This document shows positions 49,054 to 58,801 of a DNA stretch of 64,000 nucleotides, in pieces (the first letter of the stretch is position 1; every line of letters starts with the position of its first letter). The position numbers and the translations under genes are program-made. The stretch is taken from positions 60,716-124,715 of IMG/VR virus record IMGVR_UViG_3300020450_000010, one strand, 5' to 3'. This DNA comes from a virus. The notes under the pieces are model-generated. The model worked only from the letters and a program-made list of their open reading frames with translations, was not told the origin of the DNA and searched no databases.

Positions 49054-51189
49054 CCGTACATTGGACAAGGTCTTACTGAGGGTAGACGTAGAGCTCATAA
49101 TTTTGTAGCAACAGCAGGTCAGACTACATTTTCAGCAACGTATGATGCTGGATTCATAGATGTATATCAAAATGGTATTTTGCTTACTGCAAGTGATTAT
49201 ACAGCTACCAATGGTAACACAGTTGTATTGGGTGTTGGTGCTAGTGCTAATGATGAAATAACAATTATTGCACATCAAATCTTCAGTATTAGTGATACAG
49301 TTAGTGCGGGTCAAGGTGGCTCATTTGGTGGCGCTATAGATGTAACAGGCAATATAACAACCACAGGTAGTTTACAAGGTCCAAGCAGTTTTACAATAGA
49401 TCCTGCAACTCACGGTGATAACACAGGTACAGTAGTCATAGCAGGTGACTTGACGGTAAATGGTACTACTACAACAATTAATTCAACAACACTTACAGTA
49501 GACGACAAAAATATTATCATAGCAAGTGGTACTTCAAATAGCAGTACAGCAGATGGCAGTGGCTTAACAATTGATTTAGGCAGTGATGGTACAGCAACTA
49601 TGGTGTATACACATGCAACAACTAGTTTTGATTTTAATAAAGCCATAAAAGCAGATTTACTCAGTGTTGCTCGTGGCTCTGGCAGTCAAATGATTATCAG
49701 TAATACAAATAGTTCAGGAATACAAATTAAAGGTAATTGGATTAGATTACAAAAACCAGGTACTAATACTGATATGATTGTAGCAAAACCTGACGGGGAA
49801 GTTGAACTATATCACAGCGGAAGTCAAAAATTAGAAACTACTTCTACTGGAGTCACTGTTACTGGAAATTTACTTAATTCAGCCGCGACTCAAGGAAATG
49901 CTTTTGTAGCCAATACATCAAGTACATGGAACGCACTAGAAATATTTCAAGATAGAGGTGTTGCAAACAGTGCATCAGGCATAGCCTTTCGATCACAATC
50001 TGGAACTGCACCTGCTGGAATTGTTAGTGTAGCTTTGAACACAACAGGCGGAAGAGAAGAGCTAGCATTTTTAACAAGTATTGGTAATGTTACTAATGAA
50101 CGTATGCGTATTGATGAATCAGGCAATATTGGTATTGGTACAAATAGTCCTGCCGGTATACACAGTCTGGCTAAAGTTTTAGAAATATCTGGTGGAGATG
50201 GCGGCGACCTTATCATAGGAAATAATGCTTCTTCAAATATCGGAGCAGGTGCTCATATAGGGGCAATAGCTTTTAAAAACATAGATTCAAGCACTGGTAG
50301 TGTTCCGCACTATGCAGGAATAAGAAGTGAAGCAGTAGATACAAGCGGAAACATGGATCTTCGTTTTTATACAGGTACAGCAAATTTAGAAGCTGATACT
50401 CCTCAAGTATATGTGTCAACTGGTGGTCATGTAGGCATTGGTACAACTAATCCTGGAGGTACTCTTGAAGTCACCGGCAGTTCTTTTACCAATGATGATG
50501 CTATCAGAGCAATGAAGACAGGTGAATCATCATTTGGAATACAACCAAGAGATGACGGACTTGTAAGATTTTTAGTTAACCGAATAGATAGTGGTGGTAC
50601 ACATGGTAGTTATCAATTCAATACTAGAGATGGAGGAACAACCCTAACTAGGATGTCAATTGATAACTCTGGTAATTTTCTAATTGGTGACATTACTGCT
50701 CAACCATCAGGCAGTACTGGTGGTTCAGCGTTTATGAACTCTAGTCATGGTCGCAGAAATCTTTGGTTAGCAATGACTACAACCGCTGATAATTCTCTTG
50801 TAATCTTTGCTAATCCCAATGGCATTGTAGGGCAAATTAGAACTAGCGGATCAGGTACAACTTATGTCACTTCATCAGACAGACGATTAAAAGAAAATAT
50901 AATACCAATACAAGATGCTACTGAAAAGATATTGGCTATGAATCCTGTTTCACATACTTGGATAAAGGACAAAACTGCACCCGCACAACATGGTTTTATT
51001 GCACAAGAAATGCAATCTATTGTTCCTGAAGCTGTAAGCGGAGATGCAGACGGTGAAGAAATGATGCAGATGGATTATGGTAGACTTACACCTGTAATTG
51101 TTAAATCGCTACAAGATGCATTAAAAGAAATATCAAGTTTGAAACAACAGATAAGTAAATTAGAGGAAAAAATAAATGTCACTAAGTGA
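49051..51189 (+). CDS. Tail fibre/spike protein with a C-terminal S74 intramolecular chaperone
   Basis: TSSDRRLKENI...HGFIAQEMQSIVPEAV...MDYGRLTPVIVKSLQD followed by a coiled coil. Confidence 0.82.
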   Translation: MPYIGQGLTEGRRRAHNFVATAGQTTFSATYDAGFIDVYQNGILLTASDYTATNGNTVVLGVGASANDEITIIAHQIFSISDTVSAGQGGSFGGAIDVTGNITTTGSLQGPSSFTIDPATHGDNTGTVVIAGDLTVNGTTTTINSTTLTVDDKNIIIASGTSNSSTADGSGLTIDLGSDGTATMVYTHATTSFDFNKAIKADLLSVARGSGSQMIISNTNSSGIQIKGNWIRLQKPGTNTDMIVAKPDGEVELYHSGSQKLETTSTGVTVTGNLLNSAATQGNAFVANTSSTWNALEIFQDRGVANSASGIAFRSQSGTAPAGIVSVALNTTGGREELAFLTSIGNVTNERMRIDESGNIGIGTNSPAGIHSLAKVLEISGGDGGDLIIGNNASSNIGAGAHIGAIAFKNIDSSTGSVPHYAGIRSEAVDTSGNMDLRFYTGTANLEADTPQVYVSTGGHVGIGTTNPGGTLEVTGSSFTNDDAIRAMKTGESSFGIQPRDDGLVRFLVNRIDSGGTHGSYQFNTRDGGTTLTRMSIDNSGNFLIGDITAQPSGSTGGSAFMNSSHGRRNLWLAMTTTADNSLVIFANPNGIVGQIRTSGSGTTYVTSSDRRLKENIIPIQDATEKILAMNPVSHTWIKDKTAPAQHGFIAQEMQSIVPEAVSGDADGEEMMQMDYGRLTPVIVKSLQDALKEISSLKQQISKLEEKINVTK

Positions 51190-51724
51190 TTACAAAGTTG
51201 GACAATATGGTGGATATTATGACCATAGCGATTTAGCGAGTGCAAATCCTGTCCAAGGTTTTCCATTTCAACACACTCTTAATTTGTACACTTACCACGC
51301 AGGAGGAGGTAGCTACTATGCAAGGACTTGCAAACTTTGTAAATTCTCACCTAATCAAGGTCAGGAGCAACTTTATTCAGCAACCATTATTCGAAAAGGT
51401 GATTTAAATTATACCAATCAATATGCAGTTCTTGATGTATACATTGGTATCTGGTCCAGTCAATCTGGTAATTATAATTTTAATTGTAACGAAAGATTTG
51501 GTAATTCCGCAAATACATCAAGATTTGCTTTTGATTCAGATGGACAAGTTTGGTTTCATAATGATGGATTATGGTCACAATGGACTACTATCGTAGTTCA
51601 TAAGGTTCAAAATATAAGTTTTGCAGGGACAGGAGAATCACGTACTTATCATGACCATAGTAGCACATATCATAGTGTAGCTAGTGGTGCTAATCATCAA
51701 AGGGAATCAACTTGGGGTAGTTAA
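51176..51724 (+). CDS. Stand-alone beta-rich protein, possible receptor-binding tip
   Basis: 182 aa, rich in aromatic residues, Gly and Ser; lies between fibre and chaperone genes with a GAGG RBS. Confidence 0.55.
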   Translation: MSLSDYKVGQYGGYYDHSDLASANPVQGFPFQHTLNLYTYHAGGGSYYARTCKLCKFSPNQGQEQLYSATIIRKGDLNYTNQYAVLDVYIGIWSSQSGNYNFNCNERFGNSANTSRFAFDSDGQVWFHNDGLWSQWTTIVVHKVQNISFAGTGESRTYHDHSSTYHSVASGANHQRESTWGS

Positions 51725-52029
51725 TGGCAGAACAAAATTACACAGAAGAAGAAATAAAACTTACAATGATTGCACATGATTGTACAAGAGAAGAAGCAAT
51801 ATCTACGCATTGTGCAAGTGTACGAGCATCTCGTGAAGAACAAAGACCAATATTAGAGTTGCAACAACTTAGAGAAGTAAGAAATCGTATGATTACGCAA
51901 ACAGATTGGTGGGCAGGCGCCGATTTGACTATGACTCAAGAACAAAAAGACTATCGGCAAGCTCTTCGTGATATTACAAAAACGTATAAGTCAGTAAGAG
52001 ATGTAGTCTGGCCCACACCGCCTAGCTAA
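51724..52029 (+). CDS. Phage tail fibre assembly chaperone
   Basis: LREVRNRMITQTDW...YRQALRDIT...VVWPTPPS. Confidence 0.78.
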   Translation: MAEQNYTEEEIKLTMIAHDCTREEAISTHCASVRASREEQRPILELQQLREVRNRMITQTDWWAGADLTMTQEQKDYRQALRDITKTYKSVRDVVWPTPPS

Positions 52030-52064
52030 ACATAAATATGTATAACAGATAAGGTATACATATG
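52027..52064 (+). repeat. Cassette junction element, copy 3
   Basis: TAAACATAAATATGTATAACAGATAAGGTATACATATG. Confidence 0.92.
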
Positions 52065-54308
52065 GCAGTTGGACAAATAATTAGTAGAGCTATTGCAGAT
52101 GGCGCAATTACAACATCTGATATAAACGATGGTGATATCACCCACCCAAAACTACACACTGACATGGACCTTAGTGCAAAAACACTTACTCTTCCAGCTA
52201 GTGTGCGTGGCCCAGCTACACTTACTATTGATCCTGCGGCTGTAGGAGACAATACAGGCACATTGGTTATTGCAGGTAACCTACAAGTAGATGGCACAAC
52301 AACTACTATAAACTCAACAACATTAACAGTAGACGATAAAAATATTGTGCTTGCCAGTGGAGCAGGAAACAGTGCCGCGGCTGATGGAGCAGGTATTACT
52401 ATTGATGGTGCTAGTGCAACATTAACCTATGTTGATAGCACAGGTAATTTTACTTTTAACAAATCCGTAGATGTAGTAGGAAATATGGAACTAAAGTCAT
52501 CTGATGCTGGTTCTAGTGCAGGTCCAGTTTTAGATTTAGTTCGTGACAGTGCATCACCTGCCAACGCAGATTATCTTGGTCAAATTGCATTTAAGGGTGA
52601 TGATGCTGGTGGTAGTCAACACACATATGCAAAGATAACTGGTAAGATTGGTAATGCAACTGCCGGAAATGAAGATGGTTTAGTAGAATTTGCAGTAGTA
52701 AACAATGGTTCAAATGATATTATTCTAAGACTTAAAACTGATGGTATCTTGTTAAACACAGGCAAAGTGCTTAGATTTGAAGGTGCAACTGCTAGTACAA
52801 GTGAAACCACAGTCACAGTTGTAGACCCAACAGCAGATAGAACAATAACACTTCCTGATGCAACAGGCACAGTAGCACTTACAAGTAACCTTAATTCATA
52901 TGCATTAAAGTCAGGCGATACATTTACAGGTACTTTAAATGTTACGGCAGGTAACGGAGATCAATTAGCATTAGATAATGCCGGAGAAAGATTTACACAG
53001 ATTGGTCTAAAGCATAGCGGTACTCAAAATGGTGCATTGTGGTTAGATGATACTGATAGTATGGTTGATTTGTATGCCAATGCAAGTCACGGTATAAGAT
53101 TAAAAACAGGCGGAGATAATCCAAGAGTTACGATTTTATCAGATGGTAAAGTTGGTATTGGTATAATTAATCCACAACAGCTATTGCATGTAAATGGCGG
53201 AGCCGCAGATACAACTATACAAATTACAAATAGTGCGTCTGGTAATGCCGCTACAGATGGATTTAGTTTAACAGTAGAAAACCCTAGCGGTGATGTTAAC
53301 ATTAGAAACCGTGAAGCAACTAACATGAGGTTTTACACAAGCAATGCTGAACGTATGCGTATCGATAGCAGTGGTAATATTGGCACAGGAGGTGTATCTG
53401 CACCTACGTCCAGTGACACTGGTAATGTTTATATAAAAGGTGGATCAACACTAGGGTTTCAAACTCATTCAGGTAATATTGCTTGGAATGGTGTTTTCGA
53501 TAGCAGTTGGAAATACATATCATCAAATGTTGCAAGTATGATTAACAGTACTACCAATGGAGTAAGTTTTTATACAGCCGCAAGTGGCACAGCAGGAAAT
53601 GCCCTTACTTGGAACGAAAAAGTACGTGTTACTGGAGACAACGGATTAAGAGTTACTTCAGATACTGGTAATTCATCAACACAAGATAATATCTCAATAG
53701 TTTATAACGGTACAGCAGGTGCACACCAAAGTGGATTGCTTTTTAGAGACAAACGTGATCAAGTCAATGCCGCAGTAAAAAATAATCTAAGAGATGACGG
53801 AGTAGGAACAGCCGCCGCATTTTTAGAGTTCCAAACTTCTCATGCTGGTACTTTAAGTACACAAATGACCATCAACAGGTACGGTCATATAACAACACCT
53901 AACGTACCTTGTTTTGCATGTTATAAAAATGGAAATCAAAATGAAGCGTCTGGAGTGAATCCTATAACAGGCTGGCAAGAACACTTTGATAATGGTAATA
54001 ACTTGAATACGACTTCAGGAATATTTACTGCACCAGTTGCGGGTAGATATTATTTTTGTTTAAATGCAATGCACAGTGGTACAATGGCTGGTGATCAACA
54101 ATATAGAATTCACCACAATGGAGTTTACTATCAAGGAAGTAACGATACTGGTGATGGTGGTAGTTGGGATCAGTGTACAGTTGTAGCTATCATAAATTGT
54201 AGTGCTAACGACACCGTACAACCTCAGTCATATAGTAACACTAACTCTAATAAAGCGGCAGTTTACACTGACAAATACAGTGGATGGATGGGATATTTAA
54301 TAGGGTAA
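52062..54308 (+). CDS. Tail fibre protein with a C-terminal C1q/TNF-like domain
   Basis: FDNGNNLNTTSGIFTAPVAGRYYF...NDTV...SGWMGYLIG is C1q-like. Confidence 0.78.
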   Translation: MAVGQIISRAIADGAITTSDINDGDITHPKLHTDMDLSAKTLTLPASVRGPATLTIDPAAVGDNTGTLVIAGNLQVDGTTTTINSTTLTVDDKNIVLASGAGNSAAADGAGITIDGASATLTYVDSTGNFTFNKSVDVVGNMELKSSDAGSSAGPVLDLVRDSASPANADYLGQIAFKGDDAGGSQHTYAKITGKIGNATAGNEDGLVEFAVVNNGSNDIILRLKTDGILLNTGKVLRFEGATASTSETTVTVVDPTADRTITLPDATGTVALTSNLNSYALKSGDTFTGTLNVTAGNGDQLALDNAGERFTQIGLKHSGTQNGALWLDDTDSMVDLYANASHGIRLKTGGDNPRVTILSDGKVGIGIINPQQLLHVNGGAADTTIQITNSASGNAATDGFSLTVENPSGDVNIRNREATNMRFYTSNAERMRIDSSGNIGTGGVSAPTSSDTGNVYIKGGSTLGFQTHSGNIAWNGVFDSSWKYISSNVASMINSTTNGVSFYTAASGTAGNALTWNEKVRVTGDNGLRVTSDTGNSSTQDNISIVYNGTAGAHQSGLLFRDKRDQVNAAVKNNLRDDGVGTAAAFLEFQTSHAGTLSTQMTINRYGHITTPNVPCFACYKNGNQNEASGVNPITGWQEHFDNGNNLNTTSGIFTAPVAGRYYFCLNAMHSGTMAGDQQYRIHHNGVYYQGSNDTGDGGSWDQCTVVAIINCSANDTVQPQSYSNTNSNKAAVYTDKYSGWMGYLIG

Positions 54309-54329
54309 ATAATACAAACGGAGAAATAC

Positions 54330-54599
54330 ATGCCAGATATTACAATTAGTATAACAGACACAGAGAAAAAAGCACTTGAATATGCGATGGTTGATATCAG
54401 TGATTGGACTGACAATGCAGTAACCAATCGTGCTAGAATTGCCAAAGATGAAATTATCAGACAATTAGTAGCACATTGTAATGCCAATGGCATAGCTATT
54501 GCTACAGGTGAAGATGCACAAGTAACCCAAGCATATGATTTAGGCGTAGTTAAAACAGCAGTACAGCAAAATGCAGATTCAGAAGCAGTAAAAGAATAA
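54330..54599 (+). CDS. Small partner protein
   Basis: 89 aa with a GGAG RBS; follows the C1q-tipped fibre. Confidence 0.65.
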   Translation: MPDITISITDTEKKALEYAMVDISDWTDNAVTNRARIAKDEIIRQLVAHCNANGIAIATGEDAQVTQAYDLGVVKTAVQQNADSEAVKE

Positions 54600-54605
54600 T
54601 AAATC

Positions 54606-54643
54606 TAAACATAAATATGTATAACAGATAAGGTATACATATG
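54606..54643 (+). repeat. Cassette junction element, copy 4
   Basis: TAAACATAAATATGTATAACAGATAAGGTATACATATG, identical to copy 3. Confidence 0.92.
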
Positions 54644-56455
54644 GCTTTAATATTAGATGGAACCACAGGATTTAACTTACCATTAGGAGCAGAAATTGGC
54701 GTAGGAACTAATGCTCCTGGCGGTAATGGGTTGCATGTGGATCACACAGCTGGCGCAACACTAAGACTTACAAGATTAGGAACCAGCACATCACATTATG
54801 TACAACTTGAAACTGATGGTGCTCATGGAACACTTAGTAGTACTGGTGATTTATTCCTAAACGCAGACGGAGCTGATATAAAATTAAAAGATGGTTCCAC
54901 TGAATTTGGAGTTTTTTATAACATATCTTCTAATTTTGGTATTGCTTCTCAAGTTCAAGATAAAGATATAATTTTCCAAGCAAATGATGGCGGTTCAACT
55001 ATTACAACCATGACTATTAAAGGTGATGGTGGTAACGTTGGTATTGGTCAAACTAACCCTACGTATAAGTTTGAAGTAAGTGGTACTGGTGATACGGTAC
55101 AATACATAGCAAATGCAAATCCAAGTGGAACACAAGGAAGAACACTAGTAATTAGAGACAATTATGCAAGTGCTAGTCAAGACAGTAAAATAAGTTTTGC
55201 GGCAACAAGTTCTCCTGGAAATGATGTTTACCTTGGAAAACGTACAACTTCAAATGCAGGCTTTTTCCATCTTACAAACAGTGGTGGTACAGAGCATATG
55301 ACTGTTAACATGGCCAATGGTAATGTTGGTATTGGCGCAACTACTCCACAATGTGGACTTAACATTTTTGGAGAGAGTACAAGCAACTGGGCTGATAGTG
55401 ATGCTATGTACAATAAAGATCATCCAGCATTTCTTAAGATTACAAATGGACAAGAAACTGTAGGTGTTGAGTCTGGTATAGTAATGAGATCAAAAACTAG
55501 TGGTGCAGGCGTTTGGTCTATGTATGCAAAACAGACTGCTAACTATCTTGCTGATCTCCATTTTAGAGGAAGAAATGCTGGTAATACTAGTGCAGTAAGA
55601 TTAACATTAAAATCAGATGGTAAAATTGGTATTGGCACACAGACTCCATACAATAATTTACATGTCTTTCAAACTGCAAACAGTGGAAATAATTACAATC
55701 AAGGTACTCTCCAAGTAGGTGGTACATCAGGTACGCTTGGATTTGCTATGAACTATTCGGCGCTAGGATCAGGTAGAGCAAATATAGTTGCACAGAATCC
55801 TTCGGGTGGAACCAACAATAGAATCAGTCTAGGATTTGGCGCAGTTCAAAGTTATGGTGAACCTGCAGACAGGGTTCTTACTATAGATCAAGGTCATTTT
55901 GTACATCACACTCCATCTACTGCTGTTCGTTTTATGCCTATGATTTCACCGCAAAGTGTTACTAGACATGGTGCTTATCCTACTCACCCTGGCGGTGATA
56001 GTGTAGGAACCAATCAAACCAATGCAACACAAATAGGTTTTGCACATGTATATCAAAGAAATTGGAGCGGCGGTCGATATATACATATGAAAACTAATAT
56101 ACCTTGTTCAGGTTCAAACTATGGAATGATTATGGTTTATGCAAAAGGCTATAGATATTCACCAGGTGGTTCTATAGACAGTAGTTGGGGATTTCACAAC
56201 TGGGGAGGTGCTATATATTCACTAGATCAACGTAATTATGCTACAACTTTTGCTGTAAATTGTTATGCTACAAGTGATAATTACTGTGTATTGGTTGGTG
56301 ACAATCAATCTTCTGGATCTAGTACATATACAGGATTTAGATTAGATTTTATGTATTCAAACACAAACTATTCAGCCCATACAGAAACAGCAAATGGTGA
56401 ATCTCATTATCTTATAGCTACATCATTGTCAAGTAGTACGTCAGGAGTTTACTAA
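54641..56455 (+). CDS. Tail fibre/receptor-binding-like protein (604 aa)
   Basis: GNVGIG repeats and a unique C-terminal domain. Confidence 0.7.
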   Translation: MALILDGTTGFNLPLGAEIGVGTNAPGGNGLHVDHTAGATLRLTRLGTSTSHYVQLETDGAHGTLSSTGDLFLNADGADIKLKDGSTEFGVFYNISSNFGIASQVQDKDIIFQANDGGSTITTMTIKGDGGNVGIGQTNPTYKFEVSGTGDTVQYIANANPSGTQGRTLVIRDNYASASQDSKISFAATSSPGNDVYLGKRTTSNAGFFHLTNSGGTEHMTVNMANGNVGIGATTPQCGLNIFGESTSNWADSDAMYNKDHPAFLKITNGQETVGVESGIVMRSKTSGAGVWSMYAKQTANYLADLHFRGRNAGNTSAVRLTLKSDGKIGIGTQTPYNNLHVFQTANSGNNYNQGTLQVGGTSGTLGFAMNYSALGSGRANIVAQNPSGGTNNRISLGFGAVQSYGEPADRVLTIDQGHFVHHTPSTAVRFMPMISPQSVTRHGAYPTHPGGDSVGTNQTNATQIGFAHVYQRNWSGGRYIHMKTNIPCSGSNYGMIMVYAKGYRYSPGGSIDSSWGFHNWGGAIYSLDQRNYATTFAVNCYATSDNYCVLVGDNQSSGSSTYTGFRLDFMYSNTNYSAHTETANGESHYLIATSLSSSTSGVY

Positions 56456-56694
56456 TGTCAGAAGAAAATTTTTTACCAGAACCAACAGAAGAAATGTTAG
56501 CAGAGCATAACCTAGAAGCTCTTAGACAGTTAAGACAAAGATATCTTCAAGACACTGATTGGACACAAATGCCTGACAGTCCACTTAGTGAAGAGAAAAA
56601 AACTGAATGGCAAACATATAGACAAGCACTCAGAGATATAACAATAACTGCAACCAGTTGTAGTGATGTTGTCTGGCCAGACACCCCAAGTTAA
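56455..56694 (+). CDS. Phage tail fibre assembly chaperone
   Basis: LRQRYLQDTDWTQMPDSPL...WQTYRQALRDIT...VVWPDTPS. Confidence 0.8.
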   Translation: MSEENFLPEPTEEMLAEHNLEALRQLRQRYLQDTDWTQMPDSPLSEEKKTEWQTYRQALRDITITATSCSDVVWPDTPS

Positions 56695-56729
56695 ACATAA
56701 ATATGTATAGCAGATAAGGTATACATATG
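56692..56729 (+). repeat. Cassette junction element, copy 5
   Basis: TAAACATAAATATGTATAGCAGATAAGGTATACATATG. Confidence 0.92.
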
Positions 56730-58409
56730 AGCAATGCACGTAATTTAGGAAACATCACCACAGGCGGAGCCGTTGGTGCAACTACAGCAAGTGTTAACAC
56801 TTCAGTTGCAAATCTAGTAGATAGTGCACCAGGTACACTGAATACATTAAATGAACTAGCGGCGGCACTGGGTGATGATGCAAACTTCTCAACTACTGTA
56901 ACAAATTCAATTGCAACTAAGTTGCCACTAGCTGGTGGTACACTGACAGGTAATCTAGCACATACAGGTAATTTAACAATTGACGTAGTTGGAGACATCA
57001 CTCTTGATGCTGGTGGTGGTGACATTTTACTCAAAGATGATGGAGCACATTGGGCTTCTATATACACAAACGGAACAAATACCTACATTCAAAATATGGT
57101 TAATTCTGGAGATTTGTATCTAGCTGGTAAAGATGGTAGTGGTAATGGAGTTAATGCTCTTGTAATTGATATGTCGGCAGGCGGAGCCGTTGGTATTGGT
57201 GAAACTAGTCCTCAAAATATATTGCATATTAAAACCAGTGCGGCAGGAGGCCCGCAAATAGAATTAGATTCAACTAGTGGTACAGCTAATAGTGCATTTA
57301 TTAACTTTGACGGTACTAGTTTGCAATTAGCTACACAAAGAGATATGGTAGATGGCAGTAAACGTGATACTGCTAAAAGTTGGGGTGGCATTAATATTGT
57401 TGGAGAGGCGGCAGGATCTTACATTCAGTTTCAAACAAGTGAAGGCAATAATAATTCTGTTACAACAAAAATGACATTAACCAAAGAAGGAGATGTAGGC
57501 ATTGGAGCTACAAATCCTGGTGGTTCTAAACTTTATTTACAAGATACTCATACTACCACTGTGACTAATGCTAGTACTCTAATAGGCAACACAACATTAA
57601 CTATTAACGGTAACTCCAGTCAAGGTTCTGATGTAATGCGAGTTGGGCCGATGGGTACGGCAGGCAAATACTTTATAGATGTTTCTAACAGTGGCGCTAC
57701 TGCCAATTACGATCTTTTATTAAATCCAGTTAGCAAAGGTAAAGTTGGTATTGGTACAACCAGTGCTGTTGCGTCTCTTCATGTGGCCAAGTCATCAACA
57801 CCAGCAGTAAATACAAACGCTACAGAAACCGTTGTAGCTTTTGCCGTAGATGGAAATGAACATGGACACATCAGAGCTCACGCAACAACTATGAACTCTG
57901 GTCTAAGAGCTACTTTATACGATACAGATGGAAGCAGTGATTCTTTTGGTTATGGTATTCATGGCTATAATACTAAATTCGTAGATATCGGTAGAGCTGA
58001 CCAAGGTAATTATTATGATGGGTCCAGTGGTGACGGAAGATATACAGGCGGATTGACTTACAACACAAGATACACTAGATGGTTTTCATTCGGCGGACAA
58101 ATACTTGGTAACAACACATATTATCCTATTGCTTACAATATGAATGAATCTAAGTTTACAATTGAATGTTTTTGTGGAGATGCTAGCTCAAGAGACTATA
58201 AAAAATATGTAGGTTATTATACATCACCAGCTTATGGTGTTTATGGACTAACACAAGTAATTCATATGAATGGAGGATGGAACAGTGGCGGCTTTGACAT
58301 GCGAGTATCTGCTCCAAATGGTAATTTAAGTATTGATTTGAGATTTCAGTCGTACTATAATTCATCAAATGTAGCGAGCTACAAGTGTGTTTTTAGGGGT
58401 TTTATATAA
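56727..58409 (+). CDS. Tail fibre/receptor-binding-like protein (560 aa)
   Basis: LVDSAPGTLNTLNELAAALGDD module and GxVGIG repeats. Confidence 0.7.
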   Translation: MSNARNLGNITTGGAVGATTASVNTSVANLVDSAPGTLNTLNELAAALGDDANFSTTVTNSIATKLPLAGGTLTGNLAHTGNLTIDVVGDITLDAGGGDILLKDDGAHWASIYTNGTNTYIQNMVNSGDLYLAGKDGSGNGVNALVIDMSAGGAVGIGETSPQNILHIKTSAAGGPQIELDSTSGTANSAFINFDGTSLQLATQRDMVDGSKRDTAKSWGGINIVGEAAGSYIQFQTSEGNNNSVTTKMTLTKEGDVGIGATNPGGSKLYLQDTHTTTVTNASTLIGNTTLTINGNSSQGSDVMRVGPMGTAGKYFIDVSNSGATANYDLLLNPVSKGKVGIGTTSAVASLHVAKSSTPAVNTNATETVVAFAVDGNEHGHIRAHATTMNSGLRATLYDTDGSSDSFGYGIHGYNTKFVDIGRADQGNYYDGSSGDGRYTGGLTYNTRYTRWFSFGGQILGNNTYYPIAYNMNESKFTIECFCGDASSRDYKKYVGYYTSPAYGVYGLTQVIHMNGGWNSGGFDMRVSAPNGNLSIDLRFQSYYNSSNVASYKCVFRGFI

Positions 58410-58765
58410 TGATTAATGAAAGCGTAGGATATCTATACATAGATGCAGTGCTTGCACTAGTGCCACTTGCAAAATTTTATCCATCTGATGACGGAACTTA
58501 TGAAAATATTGAATGGGTTGACGAAAGAACACAACCAACAGCAAAAGCAGTTGCTGATAAATTAGCTGAACTTAAAACCACTGAAGGTTTATATTATGTG
58601 CGTAAACAAAGGGATATATTGATTGCAGAAACTGACTGGGTATCAGGTGAAGATGTGCCTCAAGTTCTTAAAGACAAGTGGTATGATTATAGACAAGCAC
58701 TAAGAGATATTACAAAAACATATACATCACTAGAAGATGTAGTATGGCCCACACCTCCTAGTTAA
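58409..58765 (+). CDS. Phage tail fibre assembly chaperone
   Basis: RDILIAETDW...WYDYRQALRDITKTY...VVWPTPPS. Confidence 0.8.
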   Translation: MINESVGYLYIDAVLALVPLAKFYPSDDGTYENIEWVDERTQPTAKAVADKLAELKTTEGLYYVRKQRDILIAETDWVSGEDVPQVLKDKWYDYRQALRDITKTYTSLEDVVWPTPPS

Positions 58766-58801
58766 ACATAAATATGTATAGCAGATAAAGGCATACATAT
58801 G
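58763..58801 (+). repeat. Cassette junction element, copy 6
   Basis: TAAACATAAATATGTATAGCAGATAAAGGCATACATATG (39 bp). Confidence 0.9.

Noticed and set aside
56701-56729. Resemblance of the element core (GTATA-GCA...TATAC) to loxP or other tyrosine-recombinase sites
   Set aside because: The spacer is 10 nt rather than 6-8, the arms are only 9 bp, the variants preserve G-U RNA pairing rather than DNA symmetry, and no recombinase is in the window. Not excluded, but unsupported.
44303-58801. 38-bp repeats as a CRISPR array
   Set aside because: The copies are 2-5 kb apart and separated by whole genes, and there are no cas genes in the window.
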